DNA from: Sphyrna mokarran
Taxonomy: Eukaryota
Direction of reading: 5' to 3'
Length of the DNA stretch: 64,000 nucleotides
Assembly (NCBI GenBank): GCA_024679065.1
Contig: JAGIQG010000016.1
Span: 12,648,001 to 12,712,000, forward strand
A program made the translations under genes and the position numbers. Of the stretch, positions 23,750-37,995 are shown one piece after another. The first letter of the stretch is position 1. Every line of letters begins with the position of its first letter. The notes beneath the pieces were generated by a model that ran no database searches, had not been told where the DNA came from, and worked only from the letters and a program-made list of their open reading frames with translations.

Positions 23750-26700
23750 GTCGTCATTAGATTTTAATTACACGCGTTTTGTTGAATTATAATTTTACCA
23801 TCTGTCACAGTTCCCCAGAGCTTTATCTTAGGTGGCTCGATTTTAGTATTGTGAAAATACTACTGTGTCACTTCCTCTCTGATCGAATTACTGATGTTTC
23901 CGGTGATTATCATGGTCCACTTCATTGTTGCGGAGTGGTGGCTCTACTAACAATCGCTTGGTGTGCGTTTTTAAAGTAATGATGCGGTTTGAAATCCAAG
24001 TTATTTTGCATCCGCATGGTAATGCTTGTGGGAGCCATTTTTTTAAAAACGCGTGTTCATTGTGAGACGTGAATACATGATCGTGTTACTTCGAGATTGG
24101 TGTTTGCTTGAAACTTTTATTCTTCCTTTCTAAGCTGGAACATGGATTTCGGGCATTTGTTTTCTTTTATGTCTTTTTTGTTGCATCTGAATATCGACCG
24201 GTTCATTCTTTGACGGCTTCGACATATACATTTTCAACCTCCTTATTTGGAGACGCCAAGTTAAATTTCTCAAAATTCGTTTCTTAATTTATTTACGGAA
24301 AAGAAAAAAATAGTTATATTAAAGAGCTGTTTGGCATTATCACTTAGTAGGTTGTTCAGCAGTGAAGTGTAAATACAGGAACAGTAGATTCAATTCAATA
24401 ACATCGGACCTCGTTGATGAGTTAATGATCCCAGATTCACTCCCACACTAAGGCAGCCACATTTAGATTATTAAAGTTTCACCAACAGGCCAATACCACT
24501 TTTGCGTCAGAAAATGCAGTGAGAATTAAAAATATTTAGGCATTTTTTTTTAATATCTGCCAAAGCACACACTAATAAATAAAAGGGGGATCAGGAAGAA
24601 AGTGTAGATATAAACATGTGTTTCGCATGGATGTTATATTTCATTGTCAGTTTTCTGTATTTGTCTGACTACGCATACGTTTTACTTTTATCTGCCATTG
24701 AGTTTCGATAATGCCAACCAATTAAAAAAACAGAGCATGCTGGAGTATTTTGATGAAAGGTGGCAAAAACTGTGAAAAATAAATCTTAATACATGCATGT
24801 GGGGCAGAATGAGTCTTGTGAGGCGCAATGGATCAATGCAATCGGGACCCAGGAATGATGTAACTAATTATAAAATCAAATACAATTACTTAAATAATTG
24901 ACGTTTCAAACTGTTGTGGGCATCAAAGTACATCAACAATGAAAATCATAGAAGGTGAGGAGAGGGGAGGATTATTAATCCCTGCCTGCCACTTTGTATA
25001 TTTAATACAACGTGGCAGAAGATTTAATTTCAACAAAATATACACGCTCCATATGCCATGCAGAATGCCAGAAATGTGCACCTCAAAATAGAGAAGCACA
25101 ATTTAGTTTCCAGTAGTGCATGCATTTCTGACAGGCAGTTATATTCAATAATCGGGAAATTCGGAATCTTCATTTGGCATTGTGCAAATTCATATCTAGA
25201 AGTAGATACTTACAAGAAAGTAAATGATTTTTTTTTTAATTAATTTGGCGATGTTTCTCCTCGTAAATGGTGTCGCAAGTTTGTAGGTAAATTCGATGGG
25301 AGATTTGCTGCTCCAACTCATCTGGATCAAATTGTGTTATTTGAAGAAAAATCACATTTCTATCATAGGTACATTAAATGTGAAAGCATATTCAATGGCG
25401 TAATTATCATATTATTCCTCTTGTAAAGGCATTTCATCTGGCCCTAGCTCAAGTCAGTTGTATCGAGTTTACCGAATTGCAACAAAGAACATTTCATGGC
25501 TTTTGTTGCACTCTTCCATATAGATGTCTGGCTATTTTTATCAGAAGTACGGCCTGTCGGCTTTACTCCTGCAAAAATACTGCGTAAGAGGTTGGCACAG
25601 TGGCTGATGGCTTAACATTATGAGAGCACAATGCTGAAATACCCTGTGCTCCCTGGAAGTTACCTCAACAAAAGAACCTCCAGGGTTACAATCGAGAAAC
25701 AAACGGTTGAATTACGGAATAAAATGGTAACGTTAGACTGAGACAGAGATTTGCTGATCGAAATCAAAACGATTGGAAAAGTGTTGGTCATTGCATAAGA
25801 ATGTACAGAAATGCCCATTGAGTGAACCTGGGATGGGTGTACTCGGCTGGCTTGTCAGATTGTTAAAAAAAAAATGAAGACTGGACTCTATTTCGGCGTG
25901 ATAACATAATACGTGCAATTATTGCAACTGGAGATGTTTAAGTCATCATTTATATCCAGCAAAAAAATGATGACGTCAGATTCCACATCGAGCAAAGCCA
26001 GCATATCTATGTTGGATGAGCTATCAATGATCTAGAATAATTGTTTCGGAATGGGTTATTATATCTAATGATTCATTCTGGAGACAATGTCAATGAAGTA
26101 ACTCTAAACAGGATAACGTAACAGAAGAAGTCCTCATCAAAATGAAAAATCTCGAGACATGCAATAAAATTGGAAGCTAAAATTTGCATGTAAAATGTAC
26201 AACAAATTGAGAAATCTCTTCCATTGAACAACTGGGTAGCTATAGATGCAAGCAACACACTGCAAGCGTGCTCAACGGAAATTAAGCACCAATCAACAAC
26301 AACATATTAAAATACTTTCCTACATTTTTTGGAAAGCCATCCCACACTTTCTCATTCCTACATAAACAGAACTGCAATTACTTGAGAAGGTTTCTTTAAC
26401 CATCACTCAAACTTGCACATCTTACATCTTTCTACCTGAAGCTATGTCAGTTGAATTAATTTCTAATAAATGTAAAAGAAACTGCGGCAACTACATTTTC
26501 ATAATGAGTAATTGATACATGAGCATCACGATGTATTCTGCATCTTGGAAATTTGTTTGGTTATTGGTTTGTCCTTTAGAATATGAGTGTGGGAACCTAC
26601 AGGAAATACTGGAACAAAAACTTCACTTTTAACATATTCGTCGAGCTTAGCACCGATGACACTTCAAATTTTCCTACGAAAATAAAGAAAACACAATCTT

Positions 26701-27404
26701 TGAAAATATGTTAATTTTATAGTATAATTTGATAGCTTATTTTGATATGCATTTATTTGTTCAGGGATTTCATTCCAGGACCAACATTCTGACGAAATCT
26801 ATTACTGATATGACGTTCGAGGTGTTGAAACTATATTGTGGTTACTCTCTAATGTTATAGACATTCTGGACGTGTCTAGATCAGCATCTCTAAACGTTGA
26901 TTATATGGAAGAACAAATAACAACGTTTTGAAAGAGAAAATTTTTCAATGAGATTGATACTATTCTACCATGAAGTTAAATAACTGTACTGAGTCCTTGA
27001 AATTTAGAAATTAGCAATGCTATTGCCATGGATCGGGATCATATCATTAAGTTGTTTCACATAGTTAGCGGTATAGGAATCCTGCACGCGATGGCTTCCT
27101 AATTGCATTTTAATTGCATTAAAATGAATTATTTCTGTCATAGTGATTTTTATCAATGTATACATAAAATTGTTGTGCTTCTGTTTCCAAGGAAATTATG
27201 AAATGTTTTGGGACAATCCATATAGCCTTAAAATGCCTAGAGTGGCAAGACTGAAGGGTCCTCCTGCCTCCGAGGCTTCCGCGATTCTCTGGAAGAGAAA
27301 ACTATCCAGATCCATACACATTCTCTTACAGTGACTCCGTCCTAATCCAAATTACATAAATACCGTTTCATATTAAAAATGGGCTCTGGGTAGGGGGGAG
27401 GGGA

Positions 27405-27555
27405 GGGGGGAGTGTGAAAACTGGAGGACAGAAACAATTTCAGTCAGAGGTGCACGGGATGTAGAATCCCCACACAGATATTCACCAAGGCTAAAATCGA
27501 AAGATGATCTCTGGCGTTCTGAGCGAGCAATGCTAATTAATAGCCACCATCCAGG
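27405..27555 (-). mobile_element. Decayed tRNA-SINE 5' fragment
   Basis: The reverse of 'TCTCTGGCGTTCTGAGCGAGCAATGCTAATTAATAGCCACC' resembles the tRNA-derived head of the other SINEs. Confidence 0.45.
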
Positions 27556-28350
27556 CCAAGTGGTGGAGTTTAATTTGCTCTCTAATGATGTGAGTTAGTG
27601 GGAATTTGCCTCAGAAAGCACTCTACATGGGGCCACACATCCTGTTAAGAAATATGTACATAATGTTAGTTCTGATAAGACGCAATGCTCACGCCCATAA
27701 ACGTAACAACTTCGCCTCATAATAACTTAAACACGTATGAGATGGTGATTTAACCTTCACTAACATTTAGTGGTTGATTAACATAAACACGTGGCATTTT
27801 TTCAAACGTTCAACAGTTTATATATTTAACAGAGATAAATTTTAAATTAACATGCAACATAATGAATAAAAAAAAATTTCTTAAGGAATGTTGTTCAACT
27901 TAATGCAATACCCATTCATTACGCAAAAATATAGAAATTGAATTCCACCGGTCTCATTAAATATAACTTTTATTTTTATTTTACTTTGAAAACTTCGGAG
28001 TTCTCTAGGAATTCCCTCTGTCTCTAAGTTCCATTTGAATTGCAATATTTCACTGGATCGATGGTGTGATGGATATATTTAGCTGATAGAGGGGAGAATT
28101 GCTGTCTCGCTCCCGACTTGAAAGGTGGCATTTTTCGCCACAGTTTTCTCTTGCACTCACTTTTATACTTTGATAACCCCATCAACTTTCCTTCAACATC
28201 ATTGGTCTGAAATGTTCAACATCACCAAACTTGAATTCTAAAGTTTCGTGGTGACGTGTTTCTTGTTTTAAATTTATTGGGCAAAATTAAAAATAAAAGT
28301 GTCTCAAGCCTATTGCCAAGGCCATCAGGTTTTCTGGTCTCGGATTTGGA

Positions 28351-28524
28351 CATGATGTAGAGATGCCGGCGTTGGACTGGGGTAAAGACAATAAGAATTC
28401 TGACAACATCGTTTTAAATCCAACCGATTTATTTGATAGTAAACTCGCAAGTTTTCGACTCAAGCCTGCGAGTTTACTATCAGATAAATTGGTTGGATTT
28501 AAACTAGCTTAGTCAGACTTCTTA
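28351..28524. mobile_element. Short palindromic insertion (Penelope terminal-repeat-like) with a 12-bp flanking direct repeat
   Basis: Inverted arms ~28412-28451 and ~28464-28504. CTCGGATTTGGA is repeated at 28339-28350 and 28525-28536. The start 'GATGTAGAGATGCCGGCGTTGGACTGGGG' is a common shark repeat as I recall it. Confidence 0.75.
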
Positions 28525-28959
28525 CTCGGATTTGGATACAGATATCTGATTCCCAGGCATTGTAGGCACTTTACATTTAAACCACCAATGATTTGGCCCA
28601 ATTATTTAAAGGGGCCAAATAATCCTTTGTCTTTCTAGCATTTTGATAACATCCATTATATCTTTACACCTATAAATTCCAACACATTCCATTTAACTAA
28701 AAAAAAACATCATTATGAAAAGATGGCTATATTATGTAATACTTTTACGAAACGAAAAAAAAAGTCGCCTCGTAATGTCTGGAATGTTTGTGAGGTGAAA
28801 TGGATTCAGCGATTTTAATGGATTATTAATAGAAACACCTGATAGTACAAAATGAACATTCAACTTTTTTTGTTATGTAAAGAGCATGGACGTTGAACTA
28901 AACAAGTGATATTGTAAATAAAATAATATTATAATGAAATGCATTTCAAATAAGAACAA

Positions 28960-31900
28960 TGCTCATTCATTTAGCAAAAATGTAAGGAAAAAACGCCAAC
29001 TAAATAGTTATAACAACAGTTACCAACGAAATGATCCAAAGGTTTTGTCCTAAAATATTGCCACCAATGAAAGTATCGACATTGGTGTACGGAGTAATCG
29101 CCAATGCACTGGTTTAAAACATTTTAGGTCGCTATTAAACTCAATCACATCTTTCAAGAGTGGATTTTTTCATCAGTTGGCTGTGTGTTCTTTGTTTTCC
29201 GAAAAAAATAGCCAATTGGCCTTGCCATTTCACAAATATCCACATGTAACAACATGGCTCAAAAAACTATTAATTGGCGTAGATGGCGAACTTTAAATCT
29301 TTCAGGATGTCGATTGTGTCAAAAAGACTTGCGAAGCTAATACGGTTTCATAATCCTCAAATGCATTCTTTCAGTCCACCGAAGTGTCATGCTCTTTTTT
29401 TTAAAAAAAATCAAATCCCTAATCTCCTCTGACCATCGTCTTCATGTTTCTCAGTTTCACCCATCAGTATCAAGTGTTGATTCCTAAGAAAGTCACTCCT
29501 GCCTTCACGAATTCTGCCTTTGCCAAACTCAAGTCCAACTTTGACTTCCATTGTCTCTCGAAAAGTTCTTTCCAGGAATCGTTGAATATGACTATGTTAT
29601 TTACTCTAGTCAGTCAATCCTTAAACAACTCCCTTCATAGTCTTTGACCTGTGATCGTTTTTTGTTGTTGTTGTTCAATGTAACATCACTACTTTAAACC
29701 GATATAGCCAATTTCGGTTTAAAATAAAACAAAGATTTTTTTTTTGTTTTTTTTCGAAAACGTAACTTGTCGTAATCGCGAAGAAAGCCCAACTCCTTGA
29801 TGTACGTGACTTGTCCTACATTTTTCCAAACAATCACCTAAACGTGGAATTAGGAACGGTCCTGATTTAGTCAATGCGTTGATCTTTCAATAATCTACAC
29901 AGAATCGTAAAGTATCATAAGGTTTGGGACACAACACCATCCTTGAACTTCTCTTGCTTTGATTTGGCATGGCATTTGTCTTCTTCCCACATTGCTCACT
30001 CTTCCTTCTGATTCTATGCTGTTTTGAACAAATTAAGCAGAACGAGGTGTTATTTATTTAATCAGAAGAGCATTCCTTACATCAACCTTTGGCACAATGA
30101 CGATCGTCTTCTCCATCATTTTTCTGTCTAGGTCTATATCGCACTATAGCTATTTTTTTCACTTCAGTGCTGTATTCCGGGGAACGACATCTCGATACAA
30201 TTCCGTTATTTAACTTCAGTTTAGGTGCATCCTCATCCACATCATCAGGATTTAATTGCACACTCCGAAAGACATATTTCTCTGGTTTTAGCATGTTTAC
30301 ATAGCAGCTCCTATTGTTGATTCCTGTTTGGCATCAACGTTTTTTGATTTACCGAACTTAAGTTTTTTCTCAATAAGGTAAGGATCACTTAAGCTCGCCT
30401 TGAATGCATCTCATACCAATGCTAACTGCAGCAATATTTTCTTCCCACCTGAATATTTCCTTTTTTTTTATTTTAGATATCTGCTTGTTGCTTCCTTCGA
30501 TGTTATGCCATCTGCAAACGTTGCTTAGCTAATTCACCAACTCTGTGTAATCTTTACTTCTCAGCTCAGGCTCATAATCCAACTGTGAAATATTTCAGTT
30601 CGGACCGACTTTTTTTCCCCTTAGTTAATTGCAAAGGATCTCTGATCGTGTTTGTACATTAACGTAAATAGAGAAAACTGAGTCCATTAATTTGAAGCAT
30701 CTCTCATACCAAATAAGATAAATGAAATATATTATCCCAATTTGTGCGGTTATCTTGAAAACATACCTTCAATGCGGTCTTTGGGGTCTGATGCCAGCTT
30801 TCCAATGCTCCCTGCGAATCAGAATGGTAAAGAATTGCGTTAAATTATTTGATACCTAAGGTATCTACGACCTAGTAAATAACTCGACTCTTGATCTGAC
30901 TGAATTTCACTGGGTAATGCATAAAGTGCAAAAACAAACGTCCACAGCTTTAAAGAAACACCGTCTAAATATCAGGTTAATGAATTGCCTTGGGAAAACT
31001 GAGAGGCACATCCATTTAAGTTAGGAGATATTGCTTTCAAATTTCCATTTTTGATGGAACCATTGAAAAAAGTTCTTCAAATGCAGGAATTCGTATCAAC
31101 CTTTGTGATCAATGCCTTTGTTTTTACTGCACTTTAAAACATAACACCGGGTGTAATCGAGGCCAATAAAATTCTTCTGCATCTTAGCGTGAGTCTTCCT
31201 CATACTTAATGATCTCTCACAGGTAATTTGTGCACTATACGCAATAATTTCTGCCGTCAACCTACCAACATCACAATCTGGTTAGTTTCCACCCACTCCC
31301 TATTTGCACAAATCTACGAAGATCTCAATTTCTGTCATAACGTGTTTTTCTCCTTACGGCATTAGCATTCTGAGATACAAACTGATTTGTTTTCTGCACA
31401 GACCTTCTACTATAAACCTTTTGCAGCCAGTCTATATAATGTAACTCAATTTAACTTCCTCAATTGAACACGTTTACTTAATGCTCGGCCTGCTTAGTTT
31501 TTTTTTTCCTTAACACCTCATCAAACAGAGTGACAGTTAACGTGACCATAATTCCGCCAGCTTTCTGTGTTTGACTACATTCCTGTTTTAACGTACTGCT
31601 GTAGAATTTGCTCACCACACCGCCAGGGAAAAAAAAATATATATATATAATCGAGGGATTTCTTTTCAACTCCTCAGGTCTCCGGTTCATATTTTGATTC
31701 TGTATTACAATTACAATTGATACAGCGGTATCATTTCCACGAAAAAATAACTTACATATCTGGCATAGCCAGGTTTTCCATCACTCCCACGATCAATTCC
31801 AGAGACTGGATTGGATTTTCCAGCCTGATCTTGCACAAGGGAACACTGCTTCTCTCTCTGCTATTCCAGAGATGACCATTCACTCGGCAATATTTCAAAA

Positions 31901-33825
31901 GAAGGACTTTTTTTCATTATTTACCGTTGAAACAAAATTACCTCATTTTTTAAACTTTCTTTATTTTCACCCTGCTGTATCTGGGTAATCTTCATCAACA
32001 CAATTCAATTCAATGATTTATATTATCAACCAGCCTGTCTCTAGATTGTCCACGTTCCATCATTTCATCAACGTCTGTCGGATTTTATTATAATTATTAT
32101 ATATCAATGCCTGATTTATTTCCTAGGGTTGAATCTCTTTCACGACATTTTTTGTTTGTGTGTGTGGCGGGGTAAGTGGTGTGTGGTGGGAGGGACAGCG
32201 AGCAGCAGGGTAACACAGTGAATAGCACTGCTACCCAAAGCGCCATGGAACGAGTTTCGATTTCCGGCTTGGATAACTGTGTGGAATTTTCAGCTTCTCC
32301 TGGTGCCTGTGTTGGGTCCCTCCTTTTTTTGTGTGTTTACTCCCACAGTCCACGTATGTGCGGGTTATGCAGATTGGCCATGCAAAAAGTGTGCTGTCGA
32401 ATCAATGGGTGTGCAGGGTAAATGCGTTGGGATTTGGGGAGAAGACTTGGTGGAGTTCTGTTCAGTGCAGACTCAAGGAGCGGAATGGCCTCCTACTGTA
32501 ATTTATGATTCCTTAAATCTTTGTGATTGTCCCTACTAAATACAATGAAAACATTTGAGGTCTTTCATCTCTTTGGCAGACTCTTGAGTGCCTTTATTCA
32601 CTGGAGGTAAACTGTTGCCAGTGTGAGCTAAATTCTGTTTCTTATCATTGAATAAATTTTCTTTTTCTTCTCAATATCGATCCAGCACACATTCAAATTG
32701 TTGCCAGCAAACAAATTTGTGCACTAACGTGCAGGCATTCATCATTTCTACAGCTCTTGTCGCTGCGTTACTTCTGTTAATTTTATGTTACTCAACATGA
32801 ATTTTATCACTCCTGAAAGTTAGTTTTTAAATTTCCCCCAGCATTATACTATCACCAAGGCTTGCTTATGTCTCTTCCATCTTCAATGCTCTAACACATC
32901 TATTGAAGTTGTACTGTTTAATGATTTCAACCTCGATACATATCTGATCTAGTTACTTCCTTAAACTTCGGTATCGTTTTATATGTGCTTCTGGTAGCAA
33001 TTGTTAAGGACTGAAAACGTATATCATCACTTCCTCATATCTTCCTGTCATCTTCCAAAAAAGCATAGCCTTCAGCAATGCCTAACAACATGGTGTGAAT
33101 TAACCCATACCTACTGTGGTGAGCTCAACTGTGCAGCCAATTCATTTTTCAATGGATATTAAAATCATACCTGTGTGTTTTTCATCAAATTTTAGACATG
33201 TGTGGACATAGTTGCATGTATCTTTGCCAAGCGGTTGCAAGGGCGACACTGCTGGTTATCTGTTCGACATGGTACTCATCCTTCTGTCATTTCAAATCTT
33301 CTTGATTCAGCATCCAAGTTCAGATTTCTCTGAAACAAGCCACCTCGACTGTTCCCTTATTCTTCTGCTGGAACTTCTCTTTTTTTTTTTCTCTCTCTCC
33401 CCTTTATCTCTCTCCTTCTCTCTCTCTTTCTCTCCCTCTTTCTTTCTCTTTATTTCGCTTCTGCATTCTTCTATTTATTTTTCCCCTTTTGCCAAGCTTC
33501 TAGCGCATAATTCTACGTTCACGTTCTAACTAACAGTCTTGGTTGCTTTTATGTTTTGTTTTTAATTCCACTGCAGCAGACTGTTTATCGGATATAGTTA
33601 AATGTTTCGTTACAATTAGAGATACCTTATTACCTATGCATAAACTCAAGACGCCTGTTTGCTACTTCTACGTTTGCCATCTTTGTCCTTTCTCTGAAGT
33701 GTATTTGTTTATGTTGGCAAGTATCTTCAGCACAAAATCTCTTTAACATTGCTAATAAACATTTAATCACTTTGAAGCATTTCAAATCCAAGAATGTTGA
33801 GATCCCAGACCCGAGTCCACAGCAC
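28960..33825 (-). mobile_element. Decayed Gmr1-type Ty3/Gypsy LTR retrotransposon internal region (gag-PR-INT-RT-RH)
   Basis: Minus-strand motifs in order: tRNA-Pro-like PBS (33802-33821); E/K/R-rich gag then 'LLPEAHIKRYRSLRK' (~33450-32830); PR 'VPLCKIRL..LIVGV..GND' (~31900-31720); INT 'MRKTHAK..FYWPRLH', 'IPAFEELFS', 'EIQSDQ', 'YHSDSQGALESWHQT', 'DPYLIEKKL', 'YVNMLKP' (~31260-30280); RT 'PKPYDTLRFCVDY*KINALTKS.PFLIPRL', 'LAKAEFVKAGVTFLG' (~29940-29440); RH 'RPIGYF', 'STLE' (~29400-28980). Confidence 0.88.
32195..32520 (+). mobile_element. HE1-like tRNA-derived SINE inserted in the Gypsy element
   Basis: tRNA-like head 'ACACAGTGAATAGCACTGCTACC...GTTTCGATTTCC', central domain and tail 'GCGGAATGGCCTCCTACTG'. 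Confidence 0.8.
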
Positions 33826-33895
33826 ATTACGATGAGTAGGCTGTTCCTCTTGAAGACATTCTGTTGAAAGCCCCAAAAATAATCACCTCGCCAAC

Positions 33896-33960
33896 ATATA
33901 TATATATATATATATATAATATATGTGTGTGTGTATTATATATATTATGTATATATATAT
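33896..33960. repeat. (AT)n/(GT)n microsatellite
   Basis: Directly visible. Confidence 0.9.
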
Positions 33961-35479
33961 GAACAATAAAAGTTCATCGCTGTCAAAAAATACAACCAGG
34001 CTTGGTGTCTTTTGAAATCTTTAGGATTTCTTCCGTGTACCCCCTCTGTTGGTGAGTTATTTTGTTCTTTTTGATTTGATTGATTTTGGTGTTTTGCTGG
34101 TGTGTTCTCGTGAGAGATATGGACAGCTGAAAGGATAGAGAGCTGTACTCTTCCTCTCCACCTGCGAGGTGGGTTTTGCTGACCCCTGAGCTCCGCTTGC
34201 AATCGCGTTTATCCCTGTGGTTACCTGTATTTTTTTGTCGACAACAGGATAGTTCAGTTCGTTTTTCCCCAACATCATCACATTCTAATTCTATTGGTTC
34301 TTGTATGGCGGGTGTTTTCATTAATTGATTAGGAAAAATCGACTATTCAAATGCCTGAGACATTTTGCAATGGCAAAACCGTTTTCTGGTCTTGGATTTC
34401 TATATAAATGATTCATTTTGGACCTCTTTAATACTTAGTAATTTAAGTCTCTAAACACTGAAACCAAAAACTGCTTTTAAAGTGGCCACATAATGTTTAG
34501 CCGTCAAATATTTTCTCTACGTTCTTTTACTCGTTATAAACTCAACAGTCGAGTACTGACAACTTTCGTCTTAAGAATCAAACTGATATGAGCTTGAGTT
34601 GGAATTCTGAACTCAAAAAGATACAATAGTCACAGTTGCATTACATCATGCAGTATTGAGGAATGAATGAGCTCTAATTGTCTTCTACACTTTCCTTCCG
34701 TGGCACGTGATTCACCCCTTTCCCAATAACCATGTTCGCACATGATTTCCTTGTTGTTGAACTCAAAATGTGCTGTTGTGCGAAGATTTCAGAAACATTA
34801 CTGAATCATTTCTTACTTATGTTCTGGTCATTACCATCAAAATCTGTTTTCGATTGCGTAAATCCCCTCTTCATAGCTACTTTATTTCATTGCGGACTAT
34901 GCACATTTTGTTTCATCATATCCTTAACAGTATTTAAAATAATGAGGGTACTGCGTGCGGCATAGCTTTTTTTTTGTACTAGCCAAATATATTGCGTCCA
35001 TGAATCAGCTGGAAGAACTTTTTCCCAATAATGAAATATTCTCTTCAAGGTAAACCCTCATCCTCCCTGTTTTCATAACAGGCAATGGGTCGCGAATACA
35101 TTGCATCCACTCACATCTTATATTCATTCCATACCTCCTGAGAAGGAGTCATTAACATCCAGCACTGTACAATTCTGCAGTCATTTGATGATTTGTATTT
35201 TTGTTTTAATTAGCACACGATGGCTTGCATATCAAATGTTATTCTGAATATTCCTGCTGTTATCTTATGGTATTTTTTTTTATTCCGTTGTTCTTACCAA
35301 ACTAGTTCTGTTCTTCCCCACTAACACTGCCAAATAACCCAGTCCGTGATTTGTTCCGAGGATGTTTAGATTGAATTGCAAACGTCAGGTTGACAAGTTT
35401 CAATGTGTTGCTTGAAATATTTCTTGTAATGGTATGAGACCATCGCTGTCTTTCAAAAGGCAACCACATAGCTGTACGT

Positions 35480-36780
35480 ACCTGATGGCGCCCATTCACT
35501 CTCGGAGAGGATTGCAGTAAGGTCGGCCCTCTCCAGCTATCTGTATTCTATATGCATGGAATTATTCCTGCATCTCTTGCGGAGGAGTTTGTCGTATTTG
35601 ACCCTGCGCGACCCAGGCGCAGAGGTGGAACTGTCCGCTTACGCGAATGATGTGCTCCTCATGTTCACGGACCTGACTGACCTGCGGAGGATGCAGAATG
35701 TCAGCTGGTGTATTTCGCGGCATCCTCTGCCAGAATCAATTGAGCCTAGCGTTCCGGGCTCCTGGTCGGTCCGTGGAAGACAGACCCCCTTCTGGAGGAC
35801 CTCACGCCTTTCATCTGGAGCAGGATCAACCTCCTCCAGCGGATGGTCCATCTCTGCCCAGCGGAGGAAGCCTAACCAGAGAACTGGCGGTAGCTGGAGG
35901 CCAAAGTCATGGCCGCCTGAGCCGCTAAACGGGACTGCTCCAAGTTTTGCCCTACTGGGCAAGAATTCTTATTACAAATCAGTTGGTTGCTTCTATCTGT
36001 TTTACCTGCTGGTCACTATGACTTCTCCCCCTGATTTTGTCGCTAATATGCAAAAAGAAACCCTGCGTGGTTCTCCTGGGACAACCGACAGTATTGGGTT
36101 TCTGCCAAGGTTCTGCATCGCCTGCTTGAGGAGGGAGGCCAAGGTCTCGTGTGAATTCTCACACAGGTAGCGACCTTCCGCCTCCAGACCCTGCAGACAT
36201 ACATTTACATCGAGCCTACTCTACGATGGCGTGTCCTGGCGACGTATTTGTTCCGTCAGTTGCACGGCCTTAATTATGACATACTGCTCCCGCATATCAT
36301 CTTGAGGCTTATTCGAACCTCCTTTTGGGAGTTGTTGGTCTTTGATCCGAAACTCCTCACGATCTGGAACCCCGTTCACATAGCAACGCAGCTCTCCCCG
36401 TCAGGAGTAGCGGCTCTCCTGTGATAGCGGCTACTTAGGAATCCGCAGCTCCAGCCCTACAACTTCAGGTAGCTGGCGGAGAGTAGGGTCGTGGACGCCA
36501 GGGTGATCAGGATCGGGGACGTGCAGGATGAAGGAGCAGCTAGAGGCTGACCGCACGGGGGTGGCCGTGTGGCGCGCGGGATAAAGGCAGTCAAGAACTT
36601 GCGACGGTCGTCCTCTGCCCTGAGTGTGCGCACATTACTTATCACATTGTTATTTGATGTTTTATGTTCCGTTTCAACTTTGTTTTTTGTTCGGGCTGTC
36701 CCCTTTTTAAGGAGCAGCCACTTTTAATCTGTCCCTAAGTTAATTGGTGTTTGTGTATTTGGTTGATATGAAAAGAGATA
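35480..36780 (+). mobile_element. Tx1-type (L1 clade) LINE 3' fragment with internal deletion
   Basis: Decayed RG..QG.PLS..LYS.CME.FL.LLRR and 'LSAYANDVLL' (LSAYADDV) RT motifs, GC-rich body, and a T-rich 3' UTR ending '...GATATGAAAAGAG'. Confidence 0.8.
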
Positions 36781-37799
36781 CTGTTATACATGTTGAGCAC
36801 GTTAAGTGTCATTACATATAATCCAGGTGTGATATTACGTCAAGGATTATGTTTTCATCATCACTGCTATTCTGTTTTATTTAAGTCGAATTCCAACACT
36901 TGGCATGGAAGGATTCAAAACTGTGTGTTGCCCTTTGTCTGAAATTAACTTCCTAAAGAGAGAACCACTATATTGACAACTCAAATATACGACAAATCAA
37001 TGTAAATCTCCTTGACATAATTTGCCTATCCATTACTAATATGCCCAGGCCTTTCACTTCAGTAGCTTACACTTCAATTTGGGAGTACATGAGCCTAACC
37101 ATTGAGAGGCTACTTGTTAATTTTCCAGACATCAACTGCAGTGTTTGTGCAAGATCTTACCCCATTTACCAACTCCATTATTCATGAATGTCAGGGTGGT
37201 CCTGCAGTATTGGCAAACTGATGCCATTTTCGTCATTCAGGAGTACCATGTAGAATTACTGAAATACCAGCACTACAATAGATTATACCAACCTAGCCGC
37301 CTGAAATTTGACCCAAATACTAAATACAGAATAAGTATTGGTCCTTGCGTATTGCTTTTTGCCTTGGAACGCAATTTAAAAACACAACTGCCCAACTAAT
37401 CCACTAAATGTACGCCGTATTACTCACAGTGTACTTAGTTTGGATATCTAGGAACTCCCCAATTGAGTGATTCCTCGTTTAATTCGTGAGATTTTTTTAG
37501 AGTATGATGTGTGATGCGGCTTATGCCATTATTGCCTTGACCTGCTGGATAGCCCGTTTGTAACAGATTAATTATGTCTCTATATCCTGTTAATTTGCAG
37601 AATTTCCACTTAAGTTATCCTGCTAGACATGAATCTCTCTGAGGATATGTAACGAGAGTCCGTCCAGCAACTTCGAAGATCATACAGTAAGCAGTCTGTT
37701 TTAGCACACAACTGTTGATCCAGGAAACAATGTGTATGCCAAATGTGGAAATTTTTCACAATCTCCTTTTCTAAGGAACATATATTTTTTTTGTAACTT

Positions 37800-37995
37800 G
37801 CACACATGAAAACGTTCACACACACACACACACACATAAACACTAACAGTCACATGCACAAATGCACAGGTGAACGTGAAACACACACGGACACATACAC
37901 ACAGAAGCACAAGCGCACATACGCAGAGGCGTGCAAACTCAGGTGCGCCCGCGCACACACCAGACACACAAGCATACAAGCATTCACATATACTT
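37800..37995. repeat. Degenerate (CA)n-rich tract
   Basis: Directly visible. Confidence 0.9.
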
